Source: an uncultured Nitrospinaceae bacterium (lineage in GTDB: Bacteria; UBA8248). From it: a stretch of 51,994 bases of DNA. The notes beneath the pieces are model-generated. The model saw only the letters and a list, made by a program, of their open reading frames with translations. It made no database searches and had not been told where the DNA came from. This document shows positions 7,478-16,265 of the stretch, one piece after another. Position 1 is the stretch's first letter, and the number at the start of each line of letters is the position of its first letter. The DNA lies in NCBI GenBank assembly GCA_964440505.1, contig CAYTSP010000070.1:1-51994 (forward strand). The letters are read 5' to 3'. The position numbers and the translations under genes are program-made.

Positions 7478-8440
7478 TTACGCGTTTTCTTTGACGATAT
7501 TCGTAGGCGCACCCCTCAAAAACGCTTCGACGTTCGCTACCGGCACGTCGCGGAACCTCGCATACGTGCCGTCTGTAATCCACGCTGAATGCGGCGTGAT
7601 GATGACGTTATCCAGAGAACGGTATATCGATTCCTTCGGCAAGGGCTCGAAAGGTTCGAAAACATCGAGGCCGGCACCGGCGATGCGCCGGTTTCTCAAG
7701 GCGTCCAGCAGCGCATCCTCATCCACAATCTGAGCGCGCGCCGTGTTGATGAAAAACGCCGTCTCTTTCATCTGCGCGAATTTCTCTCTCGTCATGAAGG
7801 GTGCTGCGCCCGCCGGTAAATGAAGATGAAGCGACACCACGTCGGACGCGAGACATTCCTCGACGGAGGCCGCTGCCGCCCCATCCGCCTGCGCGCGTTC
7901 GGGCGTCATCGAACGAGAGCATGTGATGACCCGCATACCGAAACCCAAGGCCATGCGGCAAACCAGGCGAGCTATGTGGCCGAAACCGATGAGTCCCAGA
8001 GTCTTCCCGGCAAGTTCGACCCCTAGATCCTGTGGCCAGCCGCCCTCTTTCATGGCGGGGAACATGAGCGGCACTCTTTTCGCCAGAGCGAGAATCAGCA
8101 TCATCGTGTGCTCGGCCACCGAAGAGGCGCTCGCCGCAGGCGTAATGCTCACCACGATCCCGCGTTCGCTGGCGCGATCCATGTCGATCATGCGCGGGCG
8201 CGTTCCCATCACGGAAATCATCTTGAGGTGAGGAATGTGATCCAGCAAATCGGTTGCCTTGAAGTCGGTCTGATATCTGGTCGTCAGGATGATTTCCGCG
8301 TCTTTCAGGCGCTCGCGGAGCAATTCTTCGCTTTCGGCGTTTTCGGTGTAGTAATGCACGTCGCCCAGGGCGCGCAATCGCCCAAGGGCTTCTGAATCTT
8401 CAAACAAACGGAAACAATCGTCTGGAATAACGATTTGCAT
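7478..8440 (-). CDS. D-isomer-specific 2-hydroxyacid dehydrogenase, last gene of the ABC operon
   Basis: VAEH, GKTLGLIGFGHIA, INTARAQIVDE, GLDVFE, ITPHSAW. Confidence 0.88.
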   Translation of the reverse strand: MQIVIPDDCFRLFEDSEALGRLRALGDVHYYTENAESEELLRERLKDAEIILTTRYQTDFKATDLLDHIPHLKMISVMGTRPRMIDMDRASERGIVVSITPAASASSVAEHTMMLILALAKRVPLMFPAMKEGGWPQDLGVELAGKTLGLIGFGHIARLVCRMALGFGMRVITCSRSMTPERAQADGAAAASVEECLASDVVSLHLHLPAGAAPFMTREKFAQMKETAFFINTARAQIVDEDALLDALRNRRIAGAGLDVFEPFEPLPKESIYRSLDNVIITPHSAWITDGTYARFRDVPVANVEAFLRGAPTNIVKENA

Positions 8441-8450
8441 CGATGAGGCT

Positions 8451-9530
8451 TTAACTGTCGCTCACGAGAATGACCGCCGCTTTGTCGATGGTCAACCGGA
8501 CCTTGCTGCCCACGCCAAAGAACTGGTGCGGGTCGCCGATGACACGAAGCGGCTCTTCCAGGCCCGGCACCTTAACGAGATAATCGACCGTGCTGCCGAA
8601 ATAATATCCGCGCGTCACCTCGCCATCGAGCACGTTCTGGGCATCGGAGCCACCAACGTCGGCATTCTCGGAATGAACATGAATGCGGTGGGGCCTTATT
8701 GATACCAGTTCTCCCGTTTTCCCGCCGTCTGCGTTCATCATGAATTTTGCGCCGTCGTTGGCCTCGAAAAGTTCCGGAGAACTAATCTTTCCTGGAATCG
8801 AGTTCGTCACGCCGACGAATTCGGCCACGAACTTCGTCGCAGGGATATCGTATATATCAGACGGCTTGCCCACTTGCTCGATCTTCCCGCTGTTCATGAC
8901 GCAGATTCTGTCACTGGTGACCATGGCCTCTGCCTGATCGTGGGTAACGTAAATGCTCGTAATGTTGAATTCATCGTGCAGACGCCTGATCTCGAAACGC
9001 ATTTCCTCGCGCAGGTTGGCGTCGAGGTTCGAGAGCGGCTCATCCAGCAGCAATACGGCAGGCTCGACCACGAGTGCGCGGGCCAAGGCTACGCGCTGCT
9101 GCTGGCCGCCTGAGAGTTCTGCCGGATAGCGGGCCCCAAGATGATCCATTTGCACGACGGAAAGCAGGCTTTTCACGCGCTTATCCGCCTCAGCGCCCGT
9201 AATCCCGCGGAATTTCAACCCGTAGCCGACATTCTGGGACACCGTCTTGTGCGGCCAGATGGCGTAGCTCTGAAAAATCATGCTCATGTTGCGACGCTCG
9301 GGCGGAATGACGCTGTTGGCGTTCGATACGACATCCCCATCCATGACGATTTCCCCGGCGTTCGGATCGATGAAACCCGCTACGAGGCGCAATGTGGTTG
9401 TCTTGCCGCAACCAGAAGGCCCCAAAAGAGAAATCAACTCTCCATGTTCGATATGCAGATCGATTTCATCCACTGCCCGAACGTCGGTGCCGAATATCTT
9501 CAACAGGCCTTTTAAGTCTAAAACAGCCAA
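8451..9530 (-). CDS. ABC importer ATP-binding subunit (FbpC/PotA class, TOBE domain)
   Basis: GPSGCGKTT, LSGGQQQRVALARAL, LLLDEPLSNLD, VTHDQ. TTG start follows AAGGGAG. Confidence 0.93.
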   Translation of the reverse strand: MAVLDLKGLLKIFGTDVRAVDEIDLHIEHGELISLLGPSGCGKTTTLRLVAGFIDPNAGEIVMDGDVVSNANSVIPPERRNMSMIFQSYAIWPHKTVSQNVGYGLKFRGITGAEADKRVKSLLSVVQMDHLGARYPAELSGGQQQRVALARALVVEPAVLLLDEPLSNLDANLREEMRFEIRRLHDEFNITSIYVTHDQAEAMVTSDRICVMNSGKIEQVGKPSDIYDIPATKFVAEFVGVTNSIPGKISSPELFEANDGAKFMMNADGGKTGELVSIRPHRIHVHSENADVGGSDAQNVLDGEVTRGYYFGSTVDYLVKVPGLEEPLRVIGDPHQFFGVGSKVRLTIDKAAVILVSDS

Positions 9531-9546
9531 CGTGAATCTCCCTTAA

Positions 9547-11292
9547 CTATCCAGCGGAACGCATGAAGTCCCTACCCACCAGGCGGAAACCGACCGCAAT
9601 CGCCACCAAAGTGATGAGCAAGAGCAAAACTCCCAGGGCCGATATGGGGCCCAACAGCGTTTCTTCATAGAAATCGACGATGACCACCGAGATGACCTTC
9701 GTGTTCGTCGTCCAAAGCAGAACCGAGGCGCTCAATTCCCTGAGTGAGGGCATGAACACCAATATCCATGACGCGATAACGGCCGTTTTGAACAAGGGCA
9801 CCGTCACGTCCTTGAAAACCTGAAGCCGATTCGCCCCCATGATGCGGCAACTCTCCTCGAGTTCGGGATGAATGCTCGAGAGACCCGCATTCGACGTCTG
9901 ATACGCAAGGGGCAGGTATTTGGTGAGATAGGCCAGGAACATGATCCAAAGCGTCCCGTACAGCACGAAGGGCTGTTTCGTATAGGCCGCGAAGAGACCC
10001 ACCGCCAGGACGATACCGGGAATTCCGATGGGCGCGGTCGCCATGAATCCAATATATTCATGGCCCTTGATGAGCTTGCGCTGTGCGATGAAAGCGGAAA
10101 TCGCGGCCACGATCGTGGCGCCGGTCGCCGCCATGATGGCCAGGAGAATCGTATTGTATATCGACACTCTTACCGCATCATTCGTCAAAATGAAATGATA
10201 ATTCCATAAGGTGAGGTTTGACCATTCCAATCCGCCGCCCAGGTTCTTCATGAACGACGTGGTCAGCAAAGCGAGCGCAGGCAACACGATAGCGCAAACG
10301 AGCGGAATCATGCAGAGCACGAATATCGGGAGCCGCCAAACGCCCAGCTTTTGCGGCCGCCTCTGTCCTCCCTTTCCGCCGACGGTGGCGTAACCCCTGC
10401 GTCCCAGCACAATGCCTCGAGTCCAGACCATGCCGATCGCCAGAATGAGCATGGGCATCGCGTAGGCGGAGGCCAAACCGAGCAGGTCGTCTTCCGATAC
10501 CATGAAAGCGCGGAGTTGGGTCGTCATCGTATGCTGGCCCGCAGGTATCGCCAATACGGCCGGGATTCCGAAAAGAATCATCGCTTCGAGCGCCGCCAGA
10601 ATGAAACCCGCGAACAGGGAGGGCGCCACGAGCGGCAAAGTGATGCTGAACATGGTGTGGAACGTTCCGCCGCCCGCCACATTGGCCGCGTCTTCCACGT
10701 CCGAGGAAATATTGTTCAGGCCTGCTAAAACGACGATGAAAACGAGTGGAAACGTGTAGAGCGACATGGCGAACACGACGCCCTTCATTGTAAATATATC
10801 GAACAGATAAAACTCATCACTCAACTGAAAAATCCCGCGAATCCATTTATTCAGCCACCCCTCGTTTCTTCCCGCCAGGAATATCCAGGCGATGGCTCCC
10901 AGAAAAGGAGGCGTCACGAAAGAGGCCAGGATGCCGTTCCTGATTAAATTCGGAAAAGGGATGTCCGTTCGGCTGACCACCCAGGCCATCACGGCCCCCA
11001 CCACCAGCGATATGGAGCCCACGGAGATGGCAAGCATCATCGTGATGTACATCGGCTTGTAGTATTCATCGGTTTCGAAAGCGTCGATATAGTTCTTGAA
11101 GGTGAATCCGCCGGCCTCATCTTCGGAAACGAAAAAGCTCTCCTTGAATAGCTGGAAGATGGGATTCGCCACCAGGATGACCAGCAGGATAAACAGCACT
11201 ACCCAGACGATGACCGTATAGTCGAATTTCTTGGTGGCTGAGGGCTCGCCTCCCGAGATCGCTCCGGGAAGCTGTTGTGCATCTTGCGTCAT
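9547..11292 (-). CDS. ABC importer fused double permease (FbpB/ThiP class)
   Basis: Two EAA-like loops (VEDAANVAGG, LEESCRIMGA) and many TM segments. Start moved to ATG 11292. Confidence 0.9.
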   Translation of the reverse strand: MTQDAQQLPGAISGGEPSATKKFDYTVIVWVVLFILLVILVANPIFQLFKESFFVSEDEAGGFTFKNYIDAFETDEYYKPMYITMMLAISVGSISLVVGAVMAWVVSRTDIPFPNLIRNGILASFVTPPFLGAIAWIFLAGRNEGWLNKWIRGIFQLSDEFYLFDIFTMKGVVFAMSLYTFPLVFIVVLAGLNNISSDVEDAANVAGGGTFHTMFSITLPLVAPSLFAGFILAALEAMILFGIPAVLAIPAGQHTMTTQLRAFMVSEDDLLGLASAYAMPMLILAIGMVWTRGIVLGRRGYATVGGKGGQRRPQKLGVWRLPIFVLCMIPLVCAIVLPALALLTTSFMKNLGGGLEWSNLTLWNYHFILTNDAVRVSIYNTILLAIMAATGATIVAAISAFIAQRKLIKGHEYIGFMATAPIGIPGIVLAVGLFAAYTKQPFVLYGTLWIMFLAYLTKYLPLAYQTSNAGLSSIHPELEESCRIMGANRLQVFKDVTVPLFKTAVIASWILVFMPSLRELSASVLLWTTNTKVISVVIVDFYEETLLGPISALGVLLLLITLVAIAVGFRLVGRDFMRSAG

Positions 11293-11355
11293 ATCCGCAT
11301 GTGTCCTTCTAGGCGCTAAGTGATTCTCAGGCCAATACAACCAACAAAACAACGA

Positions 11356-11399
11356 AGCGGGAGCGATTCCTCGATATCAAGCAAGAAACCGCTCCCGCT
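11356..11399 (-). terminator. Long intercistronic stem-loop after the binding-protein gene (partial terminator or mRNA stabiliser)
   Basis: Minus-strand AGCGGGAGCGGTTTCTT...GAGGAATCGCTCCCGCT, followed by TCGTTGTTTTGTT. Confidence 0.65.
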
Positions 11400-11409
11400 C
11401 ATACTTGAT

Positions 11410-12423
11410 TTACACGCCGAAGAGCTTCTTGAACATCTTGCGCGTCGGCTTGTTTTTCTTCTTCAGTTCCGCACCGCCAATAGCCATCAAGTTGATTTTG
11501 TTGAGTGGCGGCAACGCCTTGGGATACTTCACATCGGGATTGCCCACGTAGAGGAAGTAATCCGCCAGAAGCTGCATGGTTTCCATGCTGAACAGGTAAT
11601 CGGTGAACACGCGCGCGGCGTTGGGGTTCGGCGCTTTCGTGAATACGCCGTTCGGCGAAGTCACCAATGCCAGGCCTGCCGGAGGAACGATGGGCTTGAG
11701 CGGCTCGCCTTTCTCGATTAGCTTGAGCAGCGAATATGAGGTCGTGCCCGCTCCCAGCCAAGCTTCCCCGCGCGCTACGAGAGGAATGCCGCCGGCCGCC
11801 GATTGCACGATTTTAGGCTTTTGCTTGGCCATTGCCTTATAATAATCCCAACCGAACTTGTTCACGATATTGATCATGCCGTTCGTGACGAACCCGCTGT
11901 AGCTCGGGTGCGAGTGAACGATTTTGCCCTTCCACTTGGGGTCGAGAAAATCCGCGTATGTCTTGGGCGCATCCTTCGCGCTGATTTTCTTGGTGTTGTA
12001 GAAAGGCATCAACACACCCGCGCGAAGAATCGTCCAGTAATTGTCCTTGGTCACGAACTTCTCGTTGAAGTTGTCCGTTCCGGCGGGTTTGTAGGGCGTG
12101 ATGATTTTCTTGGCTTTGAGGTTCAGGAAATGTCCCAGGTTCGATGTGTGGACCACGTCGGCGACGTAAATGCCGCCCTTGCGCTCTTGCAGATAACGAC
12201 GGTAGAGCTTTCCCGAGCCGTCACGGTGGAGGACACACTGAACGCCCATTTTTTTCTTGTTGAAACGGTTGCAAATATCTTGTGCGATATTCAGCGTGAT
12301 AGAGGAATACCAGGTTACTTTCCCCTCTTTCTTGGCAGCGCGCATGGTCGCCTCGTCCGCCGCAAACACAGGTGCGCTCAGAAGAGCCACCGCCAACAGA
12401 CCAGCAATAATTCCTTTCAGCAT
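11410..12423 (-). CDS. ABC importer periplasmic solute-binding protein (AfuA/FbpA/thiamine-type class)
   Basis: Signal peptide ending VFA, AAKKEGKVTWYSS, PKTYADFLDPKWKGKI, APNPNAARVFTDYLFS; GAGGAG SD. Confidence 0.9.
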   Translation of the reverse strand: MLKGIIAGLLAVALLSAPVFAADEATMRAAKKEGKVTWYSSITLNIAQDICNRFNKKKMGVQCVLHRDGSGKLYRRYLQERKGGIYVADVVHTSNLGHFLNLKAKKIITPYKPAGTDNFNEKFVTKDNYWTILRAGVLMPFYNTKKISAKDAPKTYADFLDPKWKGKIVHSHPSYSGFVTNGMINIVNKFGWDYYKAMAKQKPKIVQSAAGGIPLVARGEAWLGAGTTSYSLLKLIEKGEPLKPIVPPAGLALVTSPNGVFTKAPNPNAARVFTDYLFSMETMQLLADYFLYVGNPDVKYPKALPPLNKINLMAIGGAELKKKNKPTRKMFKKLFGV

Positions 12424-12551
12424 TTTGATTCTCCTCTGCTCGTTAAGTAGCAGTTCAAAATAGTTCGAAGAAACTATATTTCAAGTGTCTTCGGCGTACG
12501 TTCTATCCACGTGCCAGTTAAAATGTAAGATGCTTTCAAAAGATGAGGCAA

Positions 12552-12579
12552 ATCATATCAAAATTGACCGCATCGTCAA
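12552..12579 (-). promoter_or_regulatory. Sigma70 promoter of the ABC operon with an overlapping TTGAC-N6-GTCAA inverted repeat
   Basis: Minus strand TTGACG, 16 nt spacer, TATGAT with extended TG. Plus strand 12564-12579 reads TTGACcgcatcGTCAA. Confidence 0.55.
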
Positions 12580-12628
12580 GCAGACGAAACCGTAGGATAG
12601 AACCGCATGACGAGCGTATCGTATAGGG

Positions 12629-13897
12629 TCATGGCCGCGAAGTCTCTGCCCTATCTTCTTGCGAATATATCCCGGAGATAAAACGCCGTGCGACGAAAAT
12701 TGTAGCAACCGCTCCCAGTATAGCTACGACTCCCGGCCCGATGAACGCCCAATCCCAGTTCACGGGTAGAGCGTCACCTGTCGAATCGTTGCTCATGTCC
12801 AGGAATTTCCCCACCACCATGGGCGCGAGTGATCCCAGCAGAAAGCCCAACCCCGATTGAATGCCCAATGCGGAACCGAGGTGGCGTCTGGGCGTGAGTT
12901 CCGTGGTCAAGACCACTAGCACGGGAGCGTCCACGTGCATCACGATCACCCAAATCAGGCAAAGTACCTGTAGAATAGAGAAAGGCGCCCCGAAAGCGAG
13001 CCCGATGGAAACTGAAATCAGTCCGCTCAGAAACAGGCTCGCGATAATCGTGGGCGGCCTGCCGATACGGTCGGCAAACCAGCCACCGATCAGCTTCGAG
13101 ACGGCGCTCAAGCCGATGATCAGGGCGGCGGATGAGGATGCGACCTGGAGGGCGCTCTCACGCGTTTCCGCTCCCGTCATCACCAAAGACGCAGCCAGGA
13201 AGGTAACTATCCAGCCCCTGAATGCGAACACCTCCCACCTGTGCGCACCCACGACGCCCATGAGTACCCAAACGGGAGTTGGCAGCCTGGGGAATTCAAA
13301 CCCGGCGTCTCTATCCCTCCTCGGCGAAGGCAGGGAGGGAAGGAGAAACACCATGGCCAGGAAACCGGCGGCAGGTCCCAGAGACGTCAACGCGAACGCC
13401 GTGCGCCACTCGAAGTTCGCAACGAGCACACCCGTCACATAGATTGATGTAGCGACGCCCACGGTATAAAAAAACGTATAAATCCCCACCATCCGGGCGC
13501 GTCTCCCCTCCGGGGCATACTCCGCCACCAGCCTCAAGGCGGGCGCATACGTGCCGGCCAGCCCCACGCCCGTGAGACCCCGAAACACCGATGCGCTGAT
13601 GAAACCATCCGCCAGGAGCGGGAACATGAGATTCAGGAGAACCAGCCAGAGGCTCGAGGCCAGATATATTTTTTTCGCGCTCATGTAGTCCGTTGCGGTC
13701 GCCAGCACGGCCGAGGCGAGGATGTAGCCCACATAAAACGCCGTATAAATCGTGCCGGCCTGCACGTTCGTGAGGTTCCATTCAGCCTTGAACAGCGGAA
13801 GCGCCGCCACGTAATTCGCATAGACGAACATCATCGGCACCTGCGCTGCGCAAATCGCCCAAAGCCAACGGGTTGATGTTCCGTCGCGTTTCGCCAT
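12629..13897 (-). CDS. MFS transporter
   Basis: About 12 TM segments, motif-A-like GWFADRIGR, FRGLTGVGLAG. Start moved to ATG 13897, which follows GGGG. Confidence 0.88.
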   Translation of the reverse strand: MAKRDGTSTRWLWAICAAQVPMMFVYANYVAALPLFKAEWNLTNVQAGTIYTAFYVGYILASAVLATATDYMSAKKIYLASSLWLVLLNLMFPLLADGFISASVFRGLTGVGLAGTYAPALRLVAEYAPEGRRARMVGIYTFFYTVGVATSIYVTGVLVANFEWRTAFALTSLGPAAGFLAMVFLLPSLPSPRRDRDAGFEFPRLPTPVWVLMGVVGAHRWEVFAFRGWIVTFLAASLVMTGAETRESALQVASSSAALIIGLSAVSKLIGGWFADRIGRPPTIIASLFLSGLISVSIGLAFGAPFSILQVLCLIWVIVMHVDAPVLVVLTTELTPRRHLGSALGIQSGLGFLLGSLAPMVVGKFLDMSNDSTGDALPVNWDWAFIGPGVVAILGAVATIFVARRFISGIYSQEDRAETSRP

Positions 13898-14044
13898 GGA
13901 AATTCCCCAGTCTAAAATGAAAATGAGGATAAAGGATTCGATTCCCTCTGGCGAGGGAGCGGGCGTTTTCTTCTCCTGACTATCCGAAAGCGACCATCCT
14001 GATATATTCTCCGCTTTGTGGTTCAAATTTTCTGGAGATTGCAA

Positions 14045-14920
14045 ATGTCTACACCCATCGTTGATTTCAGGGTCTCATGCCCCATTCCCGAGGGTCTGGA
14101 TAGATATCTGAAGCCGACCGGCCGCTTAGAGGATTACGCCAAACATTATGGGGGCAGGGTTTTTGGCAATACGGAAGAACACCGCTACATGAAGCCGGAT
14201 GAGTTCGTCGCCTTTTTGGATGAACAAGGGGTGGATAAAGCCGTGATCAAGACTTCCGACATGTCGACGATCTCGGGCACGAAATTTCCCGCCGACGTTT
14301 TGCACGATTACATCAAGGATTATCCGGACCGCCTCATCGGAACGGCCGGGTGCGACCCTTTTCGCGGCATGGACGCGCTGCGTGATCTGGAGCGCGACGT
14401 GAAGGAGTATGGACTCCGGGGCGTCAACATGGGGCCATGGGAGCTCGGCCTTCACGCGAACGACAAGAAGTTCTATCCCGTTTACGCCAAATGCGTGGAG
14501 TTGGATATCCCCGTTTTGCTTCACACATCCATGAACCTCTCAAGCTCGAATCTGCTCGATTTCGGGCGTCCGATATACCTGGACGAAGTGGCGAGAGATT
14601 TTCCCGAGCTTCGCATCGTGGCGGTGCATGGAGGCTGGCCGTGGATATTGGAGATGATCGCCGTGAGTTGGCGGCACCCCAATCTATATATCGAAGTCAG
14701 CGGCACGATGCCCAAATACATCGCCACGCCCGACACAGGCTGGGAGCCCCTGATTCGCTACGGAAGCACGGTGCTCAAGAACAAGATTCTCTGGGCCTCG
14801 AACTGGCCGATGATCAGCCCCCAGGAAAGTCTGTCCGAGTTCGACAAGTTCCCGCTGAAAGACAACGTGAAACGACTCTGGTTCGGCGGAAACGCGCTCA
14901 AGGTCCTGGGGCTGGAATGA
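14045..14920 (+). CDS. Amidohydrolase family (Amidohydro_2-like TIM-barrel) protein
   Basis: YPVYAKCVELDIPVLLHT, DEVARDFPELRIVAVHGGWPW, HPNLYIEVS, ILWASNWP, GGNALKVL. ATG 14045 follows GGAG. Confidence 0.87.
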   Translation: MSTPIVDFRVSCPIPEGLDRYLKPTGRLEDYAKHYGGRVFGNTEEHRYMKPDEFVAFLDEQGVDKAVIKTSDMSTISGTKFPADVLHDYIKDYPDRLIGTAGCDPFRGMDALRDLERDVKEYGLRGVNMGPWELGLHANDKKFYPVYAKCVELDIPVLLHTSMNLSSSNLLDFGRPIYLDEVARDFPELRIVAVHGGWPWILEMIAVSWRHPNLYIEVSGTMPKYIATPDTGWEPLIRYGSTVLKNKILWASNWPMISPQESLSEFDKFPLKDNVKRLWFGGNALKVLGLE

Positions 14921-14935
14921 CAAGCTTCTAAAAAA

Positions 14936-14971
14936 GAAAAAAGCGGGAGCTTTGGCCACTCCCGCTTTTTC
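14936..14971. terminator. Bidirectional intrinsic terminator between amidohydrolase and dapA
   Basis: GAAAAAAGCGGGAG-ctttggcca-CTCCCGCTTTTTC. Confidence 0.85.
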
Positions 14972-14998
14972 ATTCCGATGTTGCCGTTCTGTTTAGTT

Positions 14999-15892
14999 TT
15001 ACGTCGCCGCCACCGCTTCTTCGACCAGACCGTATTCCCTTGCGAACGCCTCGAGCTTTCTCATGTTGGCGTCAGACGGCGCGCAAAGCGGCAGCCGGTA
15101 TTCCAGCGCAATCCGCCCCATGATGGCCAGGGTCGCTTTCGCTGGAATCGGGTTCGTCTCGCAGAACATCATGTGGTTGAGTTCCCACATCTTGTAATGC
15201 AACGCTCTCGCCGCGGCGTAATCTCCATCGAGCTGGGCCTGACACATTTGAGCTACATCCGCGGGCGCCACGTTCGCCGTAACCGAAATCGTGCCCACGC
15301 CACCCATCGCCATCATCGGCAGCGTGACGAAATCATCTCCTGAAAGCACGATGAAATCGTCCGGCACGCGGGATATGATGTCGCAGCAATTCGCCAGATT
15401 CCCGGTCGCCTCCTTGATGCCCACGATGTTGGGAATCTCCGAGAGGCGCGCCACCGTGTCGGGCGCTATCTGCACCACCGTTCGGCCCGGCACGTTGTAG
15501 AGAACGATCGGGATGTCAGCGGATTCCGCAATTGCCCGGAAATGTTGATAAAGGCCTTCCTGCGTAGGCTTGTTGTAGTAAGGAGCCACGAGGAGCGCGC
15601 CATCCGCGCCGGCCCGCATGGCGTACTGGGTGCGCTGAACGGCCTCTGCGGTGCTGTTCGAACCGGAGCCCGCGATGACCGGAATCCTTCCGTTTACCTG
15701 CTCGATCACCAACTCTACGACCCGGTCGTGCTCTTCATGGCTCAGCGTGGCGGACTCTCCCGTGGTTCCACACGCCACAATCCCATGCGTTCCATTTTCA
15801 ACATGAAATTCCACCAGAGAGCGAATGCCCTCTTCGTCGAGCTTTCCGTCGCGGAACGGCGTCACCATCGCGACATAAGAACCCTTAAACAT
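14999..15892 (-). CDS. dapA: 4-hydroxy-tetrahydrodipicolinate synthase
   Basis: VTPF, GTTGESATL, PYYNKP, LYNVPGRT, GIKEA (Schiff-base Lys), SGDD, ETNPIPAK; AAGGAGG SD. Confidence 0.95.
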   Translation of the reverse strand: MFKGSYVAMVTPFRDGKLDEEGIRSLVEFHVENGTHGIVACGTTGESATLSHEEHDRVVELVIEQVNGRIPVIAGSGSNSTAEAVQRTQYAMRAGADGALLVAPYYNKPTQEGLYQHFRAIAESADIPIVLYNVPGRTVVQIAPDTVARLSEIPNIVGIKEATGNLANCCDIISRVPDDFIVLSGDDFVTLPMMAMGGVGTISVTANVAPADVAQMCQAQLDGDYAAARALHYKMWELNHMMFCETNPIPAKATLAIMGRIALEYRLPLCAPSDANMRKLEAFAREYGLVEEAVAAT

Positions 15893-16154
15893 GAGAAGAC
15901 CTCCTTCTCCTTCCGCCTATGCGGCAAAAAAGAATGTCATACCCCATTTTCATACAGGGCACGCTTGACGTGTGTCTCCATTGTGAACCGAGGATTCGAT
16001 TCCATACCCCTTTGGTAGCGCAAATCCTATCAGAGCAACCTAACAGACGCAAGAAATGGAATTTAAGGATGCCGCTCGAACTGAATAACCGCCATCAAAA
16101 GCTGAGATACACTCACATCATGGGACTTCCCTGGTACCCCGTCCTCTTTCCACT

Positions 16155-16183
16155 TTGACAAGCACATGGAAAACGTCTTTAAT
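16155..16183 (+). promoter_or_regulatory. Sigma70 promoter of the D,D-carboxypeptidase gene
   Basis: TTGACA (16155-16160), 17 nt spacer, TTTAAT (16178-16183). Confidence 0.7.
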
Positions 16184-16265
16184 TGTTTCAAATTCAAGGG
16201 GATCATCTATTACCCTTGGAGCTTTTTCCAACCCACCCGCATCGCCTGGAATGTAAGGAAAGCGC

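Noticed and set aside
12501-12520. Sigma54 promoter (TGGCAC on the minus strand) upstream of the binding-protein gene
   Set aside because: The -12 element reads TAGA rather than TTGC, and a better sigma70 candidate exists at 12552-12579.
15893-16265. Lysine riboswitch or other structured leader upstream of dapA
   Set aside because: No recognisable L-box conserved segments or terminator/antiterminator by eye. The region is explained by divergent promoters. An Rfam cmscan would settle it.
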